Shown piece by piece: positions 9,809 through 18,686 of a stretch of 64,000 bases of DNA. The DNA lies in NCBI GenBank assembly GCA_963827685.1, contig CAWHBU010000003.1, positions 800,001 to 864,000 on the forward strand, written 5' to 3'. Below the pieces are notes generated by a model. The model searched no databases and was not told the origin of the DNA. It worked only from the letters and a program-made list of their open reading frames with translations. Source of the stretch: an uncultured delta proteobacterium. Its GTDB lineage: Bacteria; Desulfobacterota; BSN033; UBA1163. The number at the start of each line of letters is the position of its first letter. Position 1 is the first letter of the stretch. Position numbers and translations under genes: made by a program.

Positions 9809-9923
9809 AAATTTCGTAGAGTTATTTTCGAGAAACTAAAAATGTGATATATTCGATGCCAGGAGAAGAAAAAGAATTTTGTCTATCAATTTTTGAGCAC
9901 AAATTGAATATATAAGGGGGGGG

Positions 9924-10193
9924 ATGAAAATATCTTCAAAAGATTCATTTTTTTCAGGGGAGGCAGTGCTTGAAGAAATAAATAATCAAATCGAAAACAA
10001 CGACCCGCCTGAAACCAAACAAACTTACCATAGACTTATGAAAGAAATAAAGAATCATGATGAAGTCATGGAATATATCCGGGTAGTCATGATGTCTGAA
10101 ATATTGGATATATTGAAAAGCAGGAAACCATTTAATAGAAAAAGATATATAGAACGGCTAAATAGACTGCCAGATGTATCATGGGCTGAATAA
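9924..10193 (+). CDS. small conserved hypothetical protein
   Basis: NQIENNDPPETKQTYHRL...EILDILKSRKPFNRKRY..RL..LP; G-rich RBS. Confidence 0.75.
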   Translation: MKISSKDSFFSGEAVLEEINNQIENNDPPETKQTYHRLMKEIKNHDEVMEYIRVVMMSEILDILKSRKPFNRKRYIERLNRLPDVSWAE

Positions 10194-10296
10194 ATATCAA
10201 CCGCTTCATCATTCAATCTGATGAACTTTGCCTCTGCTTCGCTTTGAGAAAACCGCTGACCTTCGTTAATAGGCGGGTGATGGGAGAGATATCGAT

Positions 10297-10377
10297 ATGA
10301 ATCAGAAAGCATTTCAGGACGACTACCCAGATGAACTGAACTATTGTTATGGTTGCGGTCGGCTCAACGACCGATGA
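10297..10377 (+). pseudogene. 26-codon N-terminal remnant of a PaaI thioesterase paralogue
   Basis: MNQKAFQDDYPDELNYCYGCGRLNDR* aligns with MSEKAVQDCYIDEFSHCFGCGRLNKEG of the next gene. Confidence 0.8.
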
Positions 10378-10426
10378 AAATTCCTGTAAGATTCTACTTA
10401 TATTAAAAAAAGCAAGGAGCGCAACG

Positions 10427-10906
10427 ATGTCGGAAAAAGCCGTTCAAGATTGTTATATTGATGAGTTTTCCCATTGTTTTGGCTGCGGCAGACTCAATAA
10501 GGAGGGTATGCAGATTAAGAGTTACTGGAACGGAGAAGAATGCGTCTGTCATTACACGCCGAAGCCCTATTACACCGGCGGCTTTCCCGGATTTTCCTAT
10601 GGCGGGCTCATCAGTTCGTTAATCGACTGCCACGGCGCCGCCACGGCATCGGCGGCAAAGCTTCAGGCCGAGGGCTTCACCCTGCAAGACCGCGCTCCTT
10701 CACGTTTTGTAACGGCTTCTTTAAAAGTCGATTACTTGAAACCGACGCCCGTTGGCAAAGTCCTTGAGTTGAAGGGACGGCCAAAAGAAATCTCTGACCG
10801 GAAAGTCATCGTGGCCATCACATTATCTGCCGAAGGCGAGATCTGTGCGAAAGGCGAGGTCGTGGCAGTAAAGATACCTGAGAATATGATGCCAAAGGGA
10901 CGATGA
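10427..10906 (+). CDS. PaaI family thioesterase
   Basis: CFGCG, YGGLISSLIDCHG and VTASLKVDYLKPTP; AGGAG RBS. Confidence 0.9.
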   Translation: MSEKAVQDCYIDEFSHCFGCGRLNKEGMQIKSYWNGEECVCHYTPKPYYTGGFPGFSYGGLISSLIDCHGAATASAAKLQAEGFTLQDRAPSRFVTASLKVDYLKPTPVGKVLELKGRPKEISDRKVIVAITLSAEGEICAKGEVVAVKIPENMMPKGR

Positions 10907-11033
10907 ACGATAAACGATGAACGAATAAAGAAATGATGAACATTAAACGATTACAGAGAACGATGAACCTTAAACGATGGACGATGGACCTAAAAGCTTT
11001 TTGTTCATAGTTCATTGTCCATCGTTCATTGTC
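10900..11033. repeat. inverted heptamer array (ACGATGA)n ... (GTTCATN)n
   Basis: acgatga acgataa acgatga ... acgatgg acgatgg, then gttcata gttcatt gtccatc gttcatt. Confidence 0.85.
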
Positions 11034-11041
11034 TGAAATTC

Positions 11042-11116
<75 letters not shown>

Positions 11117-11232
11117 CCACATTATGACAATCTTTACCATTTTTCAGGTTGACCGTCAAATCGAATCCGCTTGCCCTCCCTCAGTTTTTCTCTTTTGTGG
11201 AAAAGAAGATTTCAGAAAGGGCAATTGAAAAC

Positions 11233-11285
11233 AAAAAAACCCTTCTCCAACTGTTCCATAGAAGCCAGATAGGAGAAGGGTTTTA
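11233..11285. terminator. probable intrinsic terminator of the PxxKW gene
   Basis: AAAAAAACCCTTCTCC...GGAGAAGGGTTTTT. Confidence 0.6.
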
Positions 11286-11287
11286 AT

Positions 11288-11394
11288 TGAAGCTCGCCCA
11301 CAGGGCGGGGCTTCCCGGCATTGTAATATCATTCATATTGTGCCCCTTAACCCCGCTTATCCCGATAGGTCGGGACGGGGCACGTTCCGGTCAA
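11288..11394 (+). mobile_element. ~110-bp TGAAGCTC...CCGGTCAA element (PATE/MITE-like), copy 1
   Basis: Closely similar to 21635..21742 and, inverted, 50688..50798; this copy has a nested TCCCGATAGGTCGGGA hairpin. Confidence 0.85.
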
Positions 11395-11421
11395 ACGATC
11401 ACCAAAGGTTGATGATTTTCA

Positions 11422-11709
11422 TTAAACCTTTTGGCTTACATTTCGCTTCGAGGCCTTCAAAGGGTTCAATTTGAAATTATCTTCTTTAACTTCCTTCTTG
11501 ACGTGGGTGGCAAAGTTGCAGGGCCCTTTTGCCCATTTAACAGAAGGCTCACAATAGGTCTTGCAGTAGGAGCCTACTTCGTAACTTACCACTCGGTCAC
11601 ACCCTTTGCAGGACTCCACGATGGGATAACATCTCCCACCGTTATAGGAACAGCCTGTCTTCTTCATGAAGATACATTCTGCTCCCACTTTGACGGTTTG
11701 ACAAACCAT
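11422..11709 (-). CDS. PxxKW family cysteine-rich protein
   Basis: CQT..G.EC.FM...GC..NGG.C..IVE.C.GC; PSVKW; CNFATH; KLNPLKASKR. Confidence 0.9.
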   Translation of the reverse strand: MVCQTVKVGAECIFMKKTGCSYNGGRCYPIVESCKGCDRVVSYEVGSYCKTYCEPSVKWAKGPCNFATHVKKEVKEDNFKLNPLKASKRNVSQKV

Positions 11710-11790
11710 GGCGATCTCCCTCCCTTCTCATTGAATTTATTTTTTCAAAGTAACTGAAATCATTGAGGTTTACCTATCTCTCAAATGAGC

Positions 11791-11883
11791 ACAAAAAAAA
11801 GAGCTACCAACTTTCGGTAACTCGATTTGGTCTCCAACCAAACGAGACACTTAGTTTCTAATATACTTTTTCAATTTTGTCAA
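11791..11883 (-). promoter_or_regulatory. sigma70-like promoter and structured 5' leader with terminator hairpin
   Basis: TTGACA-N17-TAGAAA, then CTCGTTTGGTTGGAGACCAAATCGAG overlapping GAGTTACC-GAAAGTT-GGTAGCTC-T8. Confidence 0.55.
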
Positions 11884-11899
11884 GAAAAAATCTTGAGAG

Positions 11900-13440
11900 T
11901 GTGTTAGCAAAGTAGAAATGTCCCCATTAACTGCTTAAGTTAAAATGTCCCCATGGAACAGGAGAAGATACTCATGGGGCAGAGGGAGTTAAAGAGGTGG
12001 CATCTGATGGAGATCGTAAAGGTAGGGAAGATCACCTTGAGGGAGGCTGGAGAGAGGATAGGTGTGTCCTACCGTCAGGCGAAGCGGATTGGGCAAGCGA
12101 TCCGGGAGAGAGGGATCAAAGCCTTGGTGCATGGTAACAGGGGACGACCTTCGAACCACCGGCTCAAGGAGTCCTTACGAGAAAGGGTATTAAAGCTGTC
12201 GGAAGAGGTTTACTGGGACTTTAACGATACCCATTTTACGGAGAAACTTCGGGAGTGCGAAGGGATCGATTTGAATCGAGAGACGGTGAGGAAGTTACGG
12301 CGGGAGGCGGGGATGGCACCCAAGCGCAGGCGTCGGGGACCTAAGCATCGAAAGCGACGGGAGCGAATGGCTCAAGAAGGATGGATGGTCCTCTGGGATG
12401 GGAGTCCCCACCCCTGGTTTGGCCGAGACCTTCCACCTTGCTGTCTGATGGCTGCCATCGATGATGCGACCGGGAAACTGCTGGCCGCCCGTTTCTTTCC
12501 CTTTGAAGGTTCCGCAGGCTATTTCTGGCTTCTTAAAGAGATGATTAAAAAATATGGAATCCCAATGATGATCTATCAGGATCGCCACGGGTCGTTGCAT
12601 CGGAATGACCCTCACTGGAGCTTGGAAGAGCAACTCGCTGGCCGACAGGAACCGACTCAAGTCGGATTAGCTCTCGAAGCCTTGGGGATTGAGCCGATCT
12701 CGGCTCTTTCTCCTCAGGCCAAAGGAAGGATAGAAAAACTCTTTGCCACCCTGCAGGATCGTCTGGGAGCAGAACTCCGTTTAAAAGAAATTGTAACGAT
12801 GGAAGAGGCCAATCGCTTTTTACAATCAACCTTTTTAAAAGACTTTAACCGTCGCTTTGCCGTCAGACCCAGAGAATCCCAAAAAGCCTGGAGAGAAGTC
12901 CCAAACCATCTGGACCTGGATCGAATCATCAGCTTTCGCTATACGGCTACGGTCGGCAACGATAATACGGCTCGGCTGGGAGGATTGGTTCTCGATATTC
13001 CCCCTGGCCCTCAAAGAAGATCCTATGCGAAGCTCAAGGTGGAAGCTCGGCAGCTTCTCAACGGATCTTGGAGAATCTACGCTCAAGATCAGTTGATTGC
13101 GAAACATCCTCCTACTTCCCTCCGGGAACCGGTGAGAGCTCTTCCCCGAAAGAAACACCATGCAAAAGGAGTTAAAGATTACCACTGGGTCTATCTCGCT
13201 TCAGCACCCTCCAGGGAAGGTGACCCTTACCCCCTGCTCATCGAACATCGTTGATTGTAGCGCAACCTGGCGATTCACATTTCGCTTGTTGCCCATTAAT
13301 AGGGATCTCTTATGAGAGCTCACTTAAAAAAAAGAAACTCAAATTGAAGTTCATCCACTCACTCAAGGGTCAAGATCAAAACCCTTGGAGGGGACATTTT
13401 CACGTTGCAGTTAAGGGGACATATTGACTTCGCTTAAACA
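11900..13440 (+). mobile_element. IS1202-family (formerly ISNCY) element with 16-bp target duplication
   Basis: TGT...ACA ends; doubled subterminal AAATGTCCCC / GGGGACAT motifs; GAAAAAATCTTGAGAG at 11884-99 and 13441-56. Confidence 0.93.
11953..13254 (+). CDS. IS1202/ISNCY DDE transposase
   Basis: WDGSPH.WF, IDDATG, YQDRHG and SPQAKGRIEKLF.TLQDRL. Confidence 0.95.
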   Translation: MEQEKILMGQRELKRWHLMEIVKVGKITLREAGERIGVSYRQAKRIGQAIRERGIKALVHGNRGRPSNHRLKESLRERVLKLSEEVYWDFNDTHFTEKLRECEGIDLNRETVRKLRREAGMAPKRRRRGPKHRKRRERMAQEGWMVLWDGSPHPWFGRDLPPCCLMAAIDDATGKLLAARFFPFEGSAGYFWLLKEMIKKYGIPMMIYQDRHGSLHRNDPHWSLEEQLAGRQEPTQVGLALEALGIEPISALSPQAKGRIEKLFATLQDRLGAELRLKEIVTMEEANRFLQSTFLKDFNRRFAVRPRESQKAWREVPNHLDLDRIISFRYTATVGNDNTARLGGLVLDIPPGPQRRSYAKLKVEARQLLNGSWRIYAQDQLIAKHPPTSLREPVRALPRKKHHAKGVKDYHWVYLASAPSREGDPYPLLIEHR

Positions 13441-13451
13441 GAAAAAATCTT

Positions 13452-13602
13452 GAGAGCTCTGAAAAACTTATTTTCGCTCTCTGATTACGCAGATTTCAAA
13501 AACTGATTCCACAGATTTTTCTTTAGTTTCAATGCCTTTTAATCTGTGTAATCGGCTCATAATCGGTGTAATCAGAGATTTCTGGGCTTTTTCAGAAATC
13601 TC
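13452..13602. repeat. GAGAGCT.TGAAAAACT...CTTTTTCAGAAATCTC element enclosing an inverted GATTACGCAGATT/AATCTGTGTAATC array
   Basis: The same outer sequence recurs, without the inner array, at 35579..35644. Confidence 0.7.
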
Positions 13603-13700
13603 ATCTTGACAGGCTTTGTAAACTTGGTTATTCGTCACTTGACAGCCGATTGGAGCCGGTATCTTAATAAAATCTCCATTTGGCGTGTGACGCTCCTCCA

Positions 13701-15092
13701 ATGCTATCACTCTACATCAAACGAATCCTAACCATTGTATTTCTTCACCTCGTGATCTTGGGGAACGCTCCTCAGCATCTCCTCGCTTCACCTCGACTTC
13801 CCCATGTTACACCGGAGATGGAGAGACCTGAATTTTGGATTCAGAAGATTAAGAATCCAATGAACCTATTGCTGACCCCTGAGAAGATTCATAAGATGAA
13901 TGAAGAAAATCTAAAAAGATCGGACCTTCGCCTTTGCAGAATAAAAGACCTAAAGGAAGATTGGCCAAAAGAGGAGATTCTTTCTCTTCTAAAGGAGGAT
14001 TGGGAAAGTTTTGGGAGAACCGAAGAGGTTCGATATGGCCAAAGCGGAACCCCCCTTGGAGATTTTTTTTGGAATAAATTAAGAGACAATCTGAACCAAG
14101 AATCCCTGAAGGAAAGCGGCCGAATGATGTACGCTCTGGTCGCCAAACGGACAGATATTCGTGTCTTTCCTACGGATGAACTCTCGATGAGCACTCCTAA
14201 CCATTATGAGTTTGATCGTTTTCAACACTCCTCTATCTCTCCAGGATCTCCGATTGGAATCTACCACTTCAGCCAAGATAAAGAGTGGGCCTATGTCCAA
14301 ACCCACTTTATCCGTGGATGGGTACGCACACATGATCTGGCTATCGCCAAAGAGAGAAGTGAGGTGGTGGATAATGAAGAAGCCAAGGACCGATTGGTCA
14401 TCACAGGAAATCTTGTTGCTGTCTTTGGCGATATCTCTCTCCGGCAGCCAGTTTTTCTTGCCCAGATGGGAGACTCCTTCCCTCTCCTCAGTATTCCTGG
14501 AGGGAATAAAAGTAGTAACGCATTCCATGTCATCCATATCCCTTGGAGAGAGGATAACGGACAGTTGATTTTTCGGAAAGGATACGTCCGTGCAGACGAG
14601 GATGTTCATCAAGGCTTTCTCCCCTATACTCAAGAAAATGTTGCACGTCAGGCCTTTAAAATGCTCAACCACCCTTACGGTTGGGGAGATAGGCTTGGCG
14701 GCAGGGACTGTTCCCGTTTCATCATGGACCTCTTCGGGACCTTCGGTATTCTGATGCCCCGAAACTCAAAAGAACAGGCAATGGTTGGAATAGATCTTGG
14801 TCTGGTGGAGGGAAAGACCGACAAAGAAAAACAAAAGTTGTTGGATCGATCCATCCCCCTGGCCACCACCCTCCGGCTGCCCGGTCATATCATGCTCTAT
14901 CTCGGCAAGGATAAAGGGAAGTACTATGCCATCCACAGTATCTGGGGAATCCAGAAATCGGGAAAGGCTGGTCCAACAGTAGAAAAGATTGGAAAGGTGG
15001 TCGTTTCTGATCTAAGTTTAGGCAGAAAGGGACCCAGCCGATCATTATTGGATCGCATCACCGATATCCGAATGATTGGGTCAAATTTTTGA
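13701..15092 (+). CDS. SH3-domain / NlpC-P60 peptidoglycan endopeptidase
   Basis: Signal peptide; PYGWG...RDCS catalytic motif; PGHIMLY; YAIHS. Confidence 0.92.
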   Translation: MLSLYIKRILTIVFLHLVILGNAPQHLLASPRLPHVTPEMERPEFWIQKIKNPMNLLLTPEKIHKMNEENLKRSDLRLCRIKDLKEDWPKEEILSLLKEDWESFGRTEEVRYGQSGTPLGDFFWNKLRDNLNQESLKESGRMMYALVAKRTDIRVFPTDELSMSTPNHYEFDRFQHSSISPGSPIGIYHFSQDKEWAYVQTHFIRGWVRTHDLAIAKERSEVVDNEEAKDRLVITGNLVAVFGDISLRQPVFLAQMGDSFPLLSIPGGNKSSNAFHVIHIPWREDNGQLIFRKGYVRADEDVHQGFLPYTQENVARQAFKMLNHPYGWGDRLGGRDCSRFIMDLFGTFGILMPRNSKEQAMVGIDLGLVEGKTDKEKQKLLDRSIPLATTLRLPGHIMLYLGKDKGKYYAIHSIWGIQKSGKAGPTVEKIGKVVVSDLSLGRKGPSRSLLDRITDIRMIGSNF

Positions 15093-15186
15093 GTTGAAAA
15101 AGCTTTTTTCATCAGTTAACCTTCTCATAAAACCGTCGATGAAACAGGGGGCATCTTTTAGAAATCCCCTCTCCATGTGAAGAAAC

Positions 15187-15244
15187 GCCATTACAATTCT
15201 GCCATTACAATTCTGCTTGACAATTATCATAAAATATATAGAAT
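15187..15244 (+). promoter_or_regulatory. sigma70-like promoter preceded by a perfect 14-bp tandem duplication
   Basis: (GCCATTACAATTCT)x2-GC-TTGACA-N16-TAGAAT. Confidence 0.6.
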
Positions 15245-15273
15245 TTTTAAGATTTAGACAGGGTTAGAGAGAT

Positions 15274-16254
15274 TTGAAAGCTTTAGTGACAGGAGGAACA
15301 GGGTTTATTGGAAGCCATCTCGTCGAAGCGCTTCTTCAGCAGGGAGTTCAAGTCCGCTGCCTTCTGCGGAAGTCGAGCGATTTGAAGTGGCTGCAGGGTC
15401 TCCCCATCGAGTTCGTCCAGGGTGATTGCAATGACAAAACCTCCTTAGAAGAGGTTGTGAAGGATAACGATTGGGTGTTCCATTTAGCCGGCGTGACGAA
15501 GGCCCTCAGAGAAGAGACGTATTTTGATGTAAACGGCCTTGGAACCGAGAACCTGATTTTGGCCTGTCTCGAAAAGAATCCTCGTCTTCAAAAATTCATC
15601 TACGTTTCGAGCCAGGCAGCGGCAGGACCCAGTCGAAATGGGAATAAAAAAAAGGAGTCAGATCCCTGTGAACCGATTTCCCTTTACGGCCAGAGCAAAC
15701 GTATGGGAGAAGAACTGGCTCTTGCCCACGCGCATGAACTACCGGTCCTCATCCTTAGGCCTTCCGGGGTGTATGGACCAAGGGATAGAGATATCTTTGC
15801 CTTTTTTAAATGCCTCTCCAAAAGGATCAATCCGTGTCTCATCGGTCAGGATCAACATCTTAACCTCTGTTATGTGGGGGATATTGTCCAAGGAATTCTA
15901 TTGGCCGCTAAAACTCGGACACAGAGTGGAGAGATATTTTTCCTCTCCGATGGTAACGACTATCGGATGGAAGAAATCGGTGATATCTTTGCGCAGGCCA
16001 TGGGAATCACTGCTTTATGCATTCGTGTTCCTAAACAAATGATATTGGGAATCGCCTTTTTTTCAGAATATCTTTCTAAATTTTCTAAGAGACCTGCCCT
16101 CCTGAACAGAGATAAAGCAGTGGAGATGATTCAAAAAGATTGGGTTTGTGATATCACAAAGGCCAAGACGGTCTTAGGTTTTGAACCCCGGATCCCTCTG
16201 TCAGAAGGAGCCAAATTGACCATCGAATGGTACAAAAAAGAAAATTGGTTATAG
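15274..16254 (+). CDS. NAD-dependent epimerase/dehydratase family SDR; candidate ceramide/3-ketosphinganine reductase
   Basis: TGGTGFIG and YGQSK motifs; first gene of the spt operon. Confidence 0.8.
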   Translation: MKALVTGGTGFIGSHLVEALLQQGVQVRCLLRKSSDLKWLQGLPIEFVQGDCNDKTSLEEVVKDNDWVFHLAGVTKALREETYFDVNGLGTENLILACLEKNPRLQKFIYVSSQAAAGPSRNGNKKKESDPCEPISLYGQSKRMGEELALAHAHELPVLILRPSGVYGPRDRDIFAFFKCLSKRINPCLIGQDQHLNLCYVGDIVQGILLAAKTRTQSGEIFFLSDGNDYRMEEIGDIFAQAMGITALCIRVPKQMILGIAFFSEYLSKFSKRPALLNRDKAVEMIQKDWVCDITKAKTVLGFEPRIPLSEGAKLTIEWYKKENWL

Positions 16255-16271
16255 AGAGAACGAGGTGATCT

Positions 16272-17453
16272 ATGGATCTCTTTGAAAAATGTTTGAAAAT
16301 TTACGAACAGACCCAAGGGTTGAGAGCAAACGGTCATTATTTCTTCTTCAGAAAGCTCGAATCGCCCCAGGATGCTGAAGTGGTGGTCAACGGGAAACGG
16401 GTGATCATGATCGGCTCCAATAATTATCTCGGACTCACCAATCATCCTCGGGTCAAGGAAGCCGCCATCAAAGCCATTGAAAAATTTGGAAGCGGCTGCG
16501 CCGGCTCACGATTCCTTAATGGGAATCTCGAAATCCACGAAGAATTGGAAAGCAAGTTAGCCCGTTTCTTTCGGAAAGAGGCAGCCCTTGTTTTCGCGAC
16601 GGGTTATCAGACCAATCTGGGAACCATCTCTGCCCTTCTGGGCCGAAATGATGTAGCCATTATTGATAAATACGATCACGCCAGCATCATTGACGGTTGT
16701 CGTCTCTCTTTCGGTCGAGTGAAAAAATACCGTCATGATGATATGGAGGATCTGGAACGGGTCCTCGAAGCGGCGAAAGACAAAGGTAAATTGATCATCG
16801 TGGACGGCATCTTCAGTATGGAAGGGGACATCGCTGATCTCCCTAACATTGTCAAATTAGCTAAAGCCTACGGTGCCAGGGTGATGGTAGATGATGCCCA
16901 TGGGGTTGGAGTTTTAGGAGCGGGAGGGAGAGGGACGGCGGAACACTTCGGTCTGGAAGATCAGGTGGACCTTATTATGGGGACGTATAGCAAATCCCTC
17001 GCTGCCATTGGAGGGTTTGTGGCGGGTTCAAAATTGGTGATCGATTTTATCAAGCACATCGCCCGCTCGATGATCTTCAGTGCCAGTCTTCCACCTTCCC
17101 TGGTGGCCTCGGTCAGTACGGCTTTGGATATCATTGAAGAACAGCCACAATTAAGAACACAGCTCTGGAAGAACACACATAAAATGCTCAAAAGCTATAA
17201 AGAGCTGGGGTATGATACCGGCACAAGTGAAACGCCTATTGTTCCCATCATTATTAAGGATGACATGAAAGTCTACGCGATGTGTAAGTTCCTTTTCGAA
17301 AATGGCGTCTTTGTCAATGCAGTCGTCAGCCCTGCTGTGCCTCCGGGGAGGGAACTGCTCAGGACAAGTTATATGGCGACCCATACCGAAGAGCAGTTGG
17401 ATAGGGTCCTGGGCGCCTTCAAAAAGGTCGGAAAACAATTGGGGCTCATTTGA
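16272..17453 (+). CDS. spt: serine palmitoyltransferase (alpha-oxoamine synthase family)
   Basis: GSNNYLGL, GSGCAGSRFLNG, DDAHG and IMGTYSKS, Bacteroides-type SPT signatures; operon context. Confidence 0.82.
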   Translation: MDLFEKCLKIYEQTQGLRANGHYFFFRKLESPQDAEVVVNGKRVIMIGSNNYLGLTNHPRVKEAAIKAIEKFGSGCAGSRFLNGNLEIHEELESKLARFFRKEAALVFATGYQTNLGTISALLGRNDVAIIDKYDHASIIDGCRLSFGRVKKYRHDDMEDLERVLEAAKDKGKLIIVDGIFSMEGDIADLPNIVKLAKAYGARVMVDDAHGVGVLGAGGRGTAEHFGLEDQVDLIMGTYSKSLAAIGGFVAGSKLVIDFIKHIARSMIFSASLPPSLVASVSTALDIIEEQPQLRTQLWKNTHKMLKSYKELGYDTGTSETPIVPIIIKDDMKVYAMCKFLFENGVFVNAVVSPAVPPGRELLRTSYMATHTEEQLDRVLGAFKKVGKQLGLI

Positions 17454-18593
17454 CGGAGATCCATGTCATGACAAAACAGGAACTCCAGGTTGAAGAAGTA
17501 AAAAATCAACAAGACCTCATGACCTTCATCCGATTCCCCTGGGAGATTTATCAGGGCGATCCGTATTGGGTCCCTCCTCTCATCAAAGATCAGCTTTCAA
17601 AATTTAGCCCAAATCATCCCTTCAGTTCCCATTCGGAGATGATCTTTTTTCTGGCGTACCGGGGAGGAAAGGTCGTTGGAAGAATTGTGGGCATCATCGA
17701 CCACCACTACATTGAGTTTCACCAGGAGAAAGTGGGTTTCTTCGGTTTCTTCGGAATCCATTCCCGATGCGGAAGTAGCGGGAACGCTTCTTTCAAGAGT
17801 CGCCGATTGGTTAAAAGGGCATGGGATGGAAAAGATGGCTGGACCGATGAATCCCTCTACCAACGATGAATGCGGTCTTCTCGTCGAGGGATTTGATTCC
17901 TCTCCTTGCCTGATGATGCCTTACAACCCTCGCACTTATCCCTCTTTGTTGGAGGGCTTTGGGCTGAAGAAGAAAATGGATCTTTATGCCTACCTGCTGG
18001 AAGAGCCTACTTTCCATCTCACACGTCTGGATCGTATCACCGAGAGGTTGAGAAAGAGGGAACCTCAACTTTCTGTTCGCCCCATCCAGCTCCGGCATTT
18101 CGACGAGGAACTAAAAATTGTCAAAGAGATTTACAACGAGGCCTGGAGCAAAAATTGGGGGTTCGTTCCAATGACCGACAAAGAGATCAATCTGACAGCA
18201 AAAGAGCTGAAGCCCCTGGTCGTTTCTGAATTGATCCTCTTTGCCTACTGGGGGAAAGACCCCATCGCCTTTTCAGTCTCCCTTCCAGATTATTATGAGG
18301 TTCTCAAACACCTGAACGGAAAGATCGGGCTTTTAGGTGCGATCAAGTTCCTTTACTATTCAAAAAAAATTCATAAGATTCGAGTGATGCTTCTGGGCGT
18401 GAAACATGACTTTCAGAAAAAAGGTGTGGAAGGCCTCCTCTATATAGAAACCTTTAAGAGAGGGAACAAGAAGGGTTACCACGCAGCAGAATGCTCATGG
18501 ATTCTTGAAGAAAATGTCCTGATGCAACACGGGATCGAAGCGATGGGGGGGAAACGTTATAAGACTTATCGGATTTATGAGACTCCCCTCTAA
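17450..18593 (+). pseudogene. bacterial ceramide synthase-like GNAT protein with a +1 frameshift near 17753
   Basis: Removing one G from TTCGGAATCC restores GFFGFFESIPD and joins DPYWVPPL.. to GPMNPSTNDECGLL, MMPYNP, NWGFVP and SWILEEN. Confidence 0.8.
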
Positions 18594-18597
18594 TCGG

Positions 18598-18686
18598 AAA
18601 GGAGAGGGCGGAAGGGAGCAGAGAAAAAAACTACCTTCTACATTCTACTCTCCACATTCTGAGTACCACCTCCCACATTCCACCGT
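18598..18686. repeat. degenerate heptamer array (CTACATT/CCACATT) overlapping the 3' end of the PAP2 gene
   Basis: ctacctt ctacatt ctactct ccacatt ctgagta ccacctc ccacatt. Confidence 0.7.

Noticed and set aside
16272-17453. bioF or kbl assignment
   Set aside because: No bio or tdh genes are nearby, and the motifs and flanking genes fit SPT better; not formally excluded without a phylogeny.
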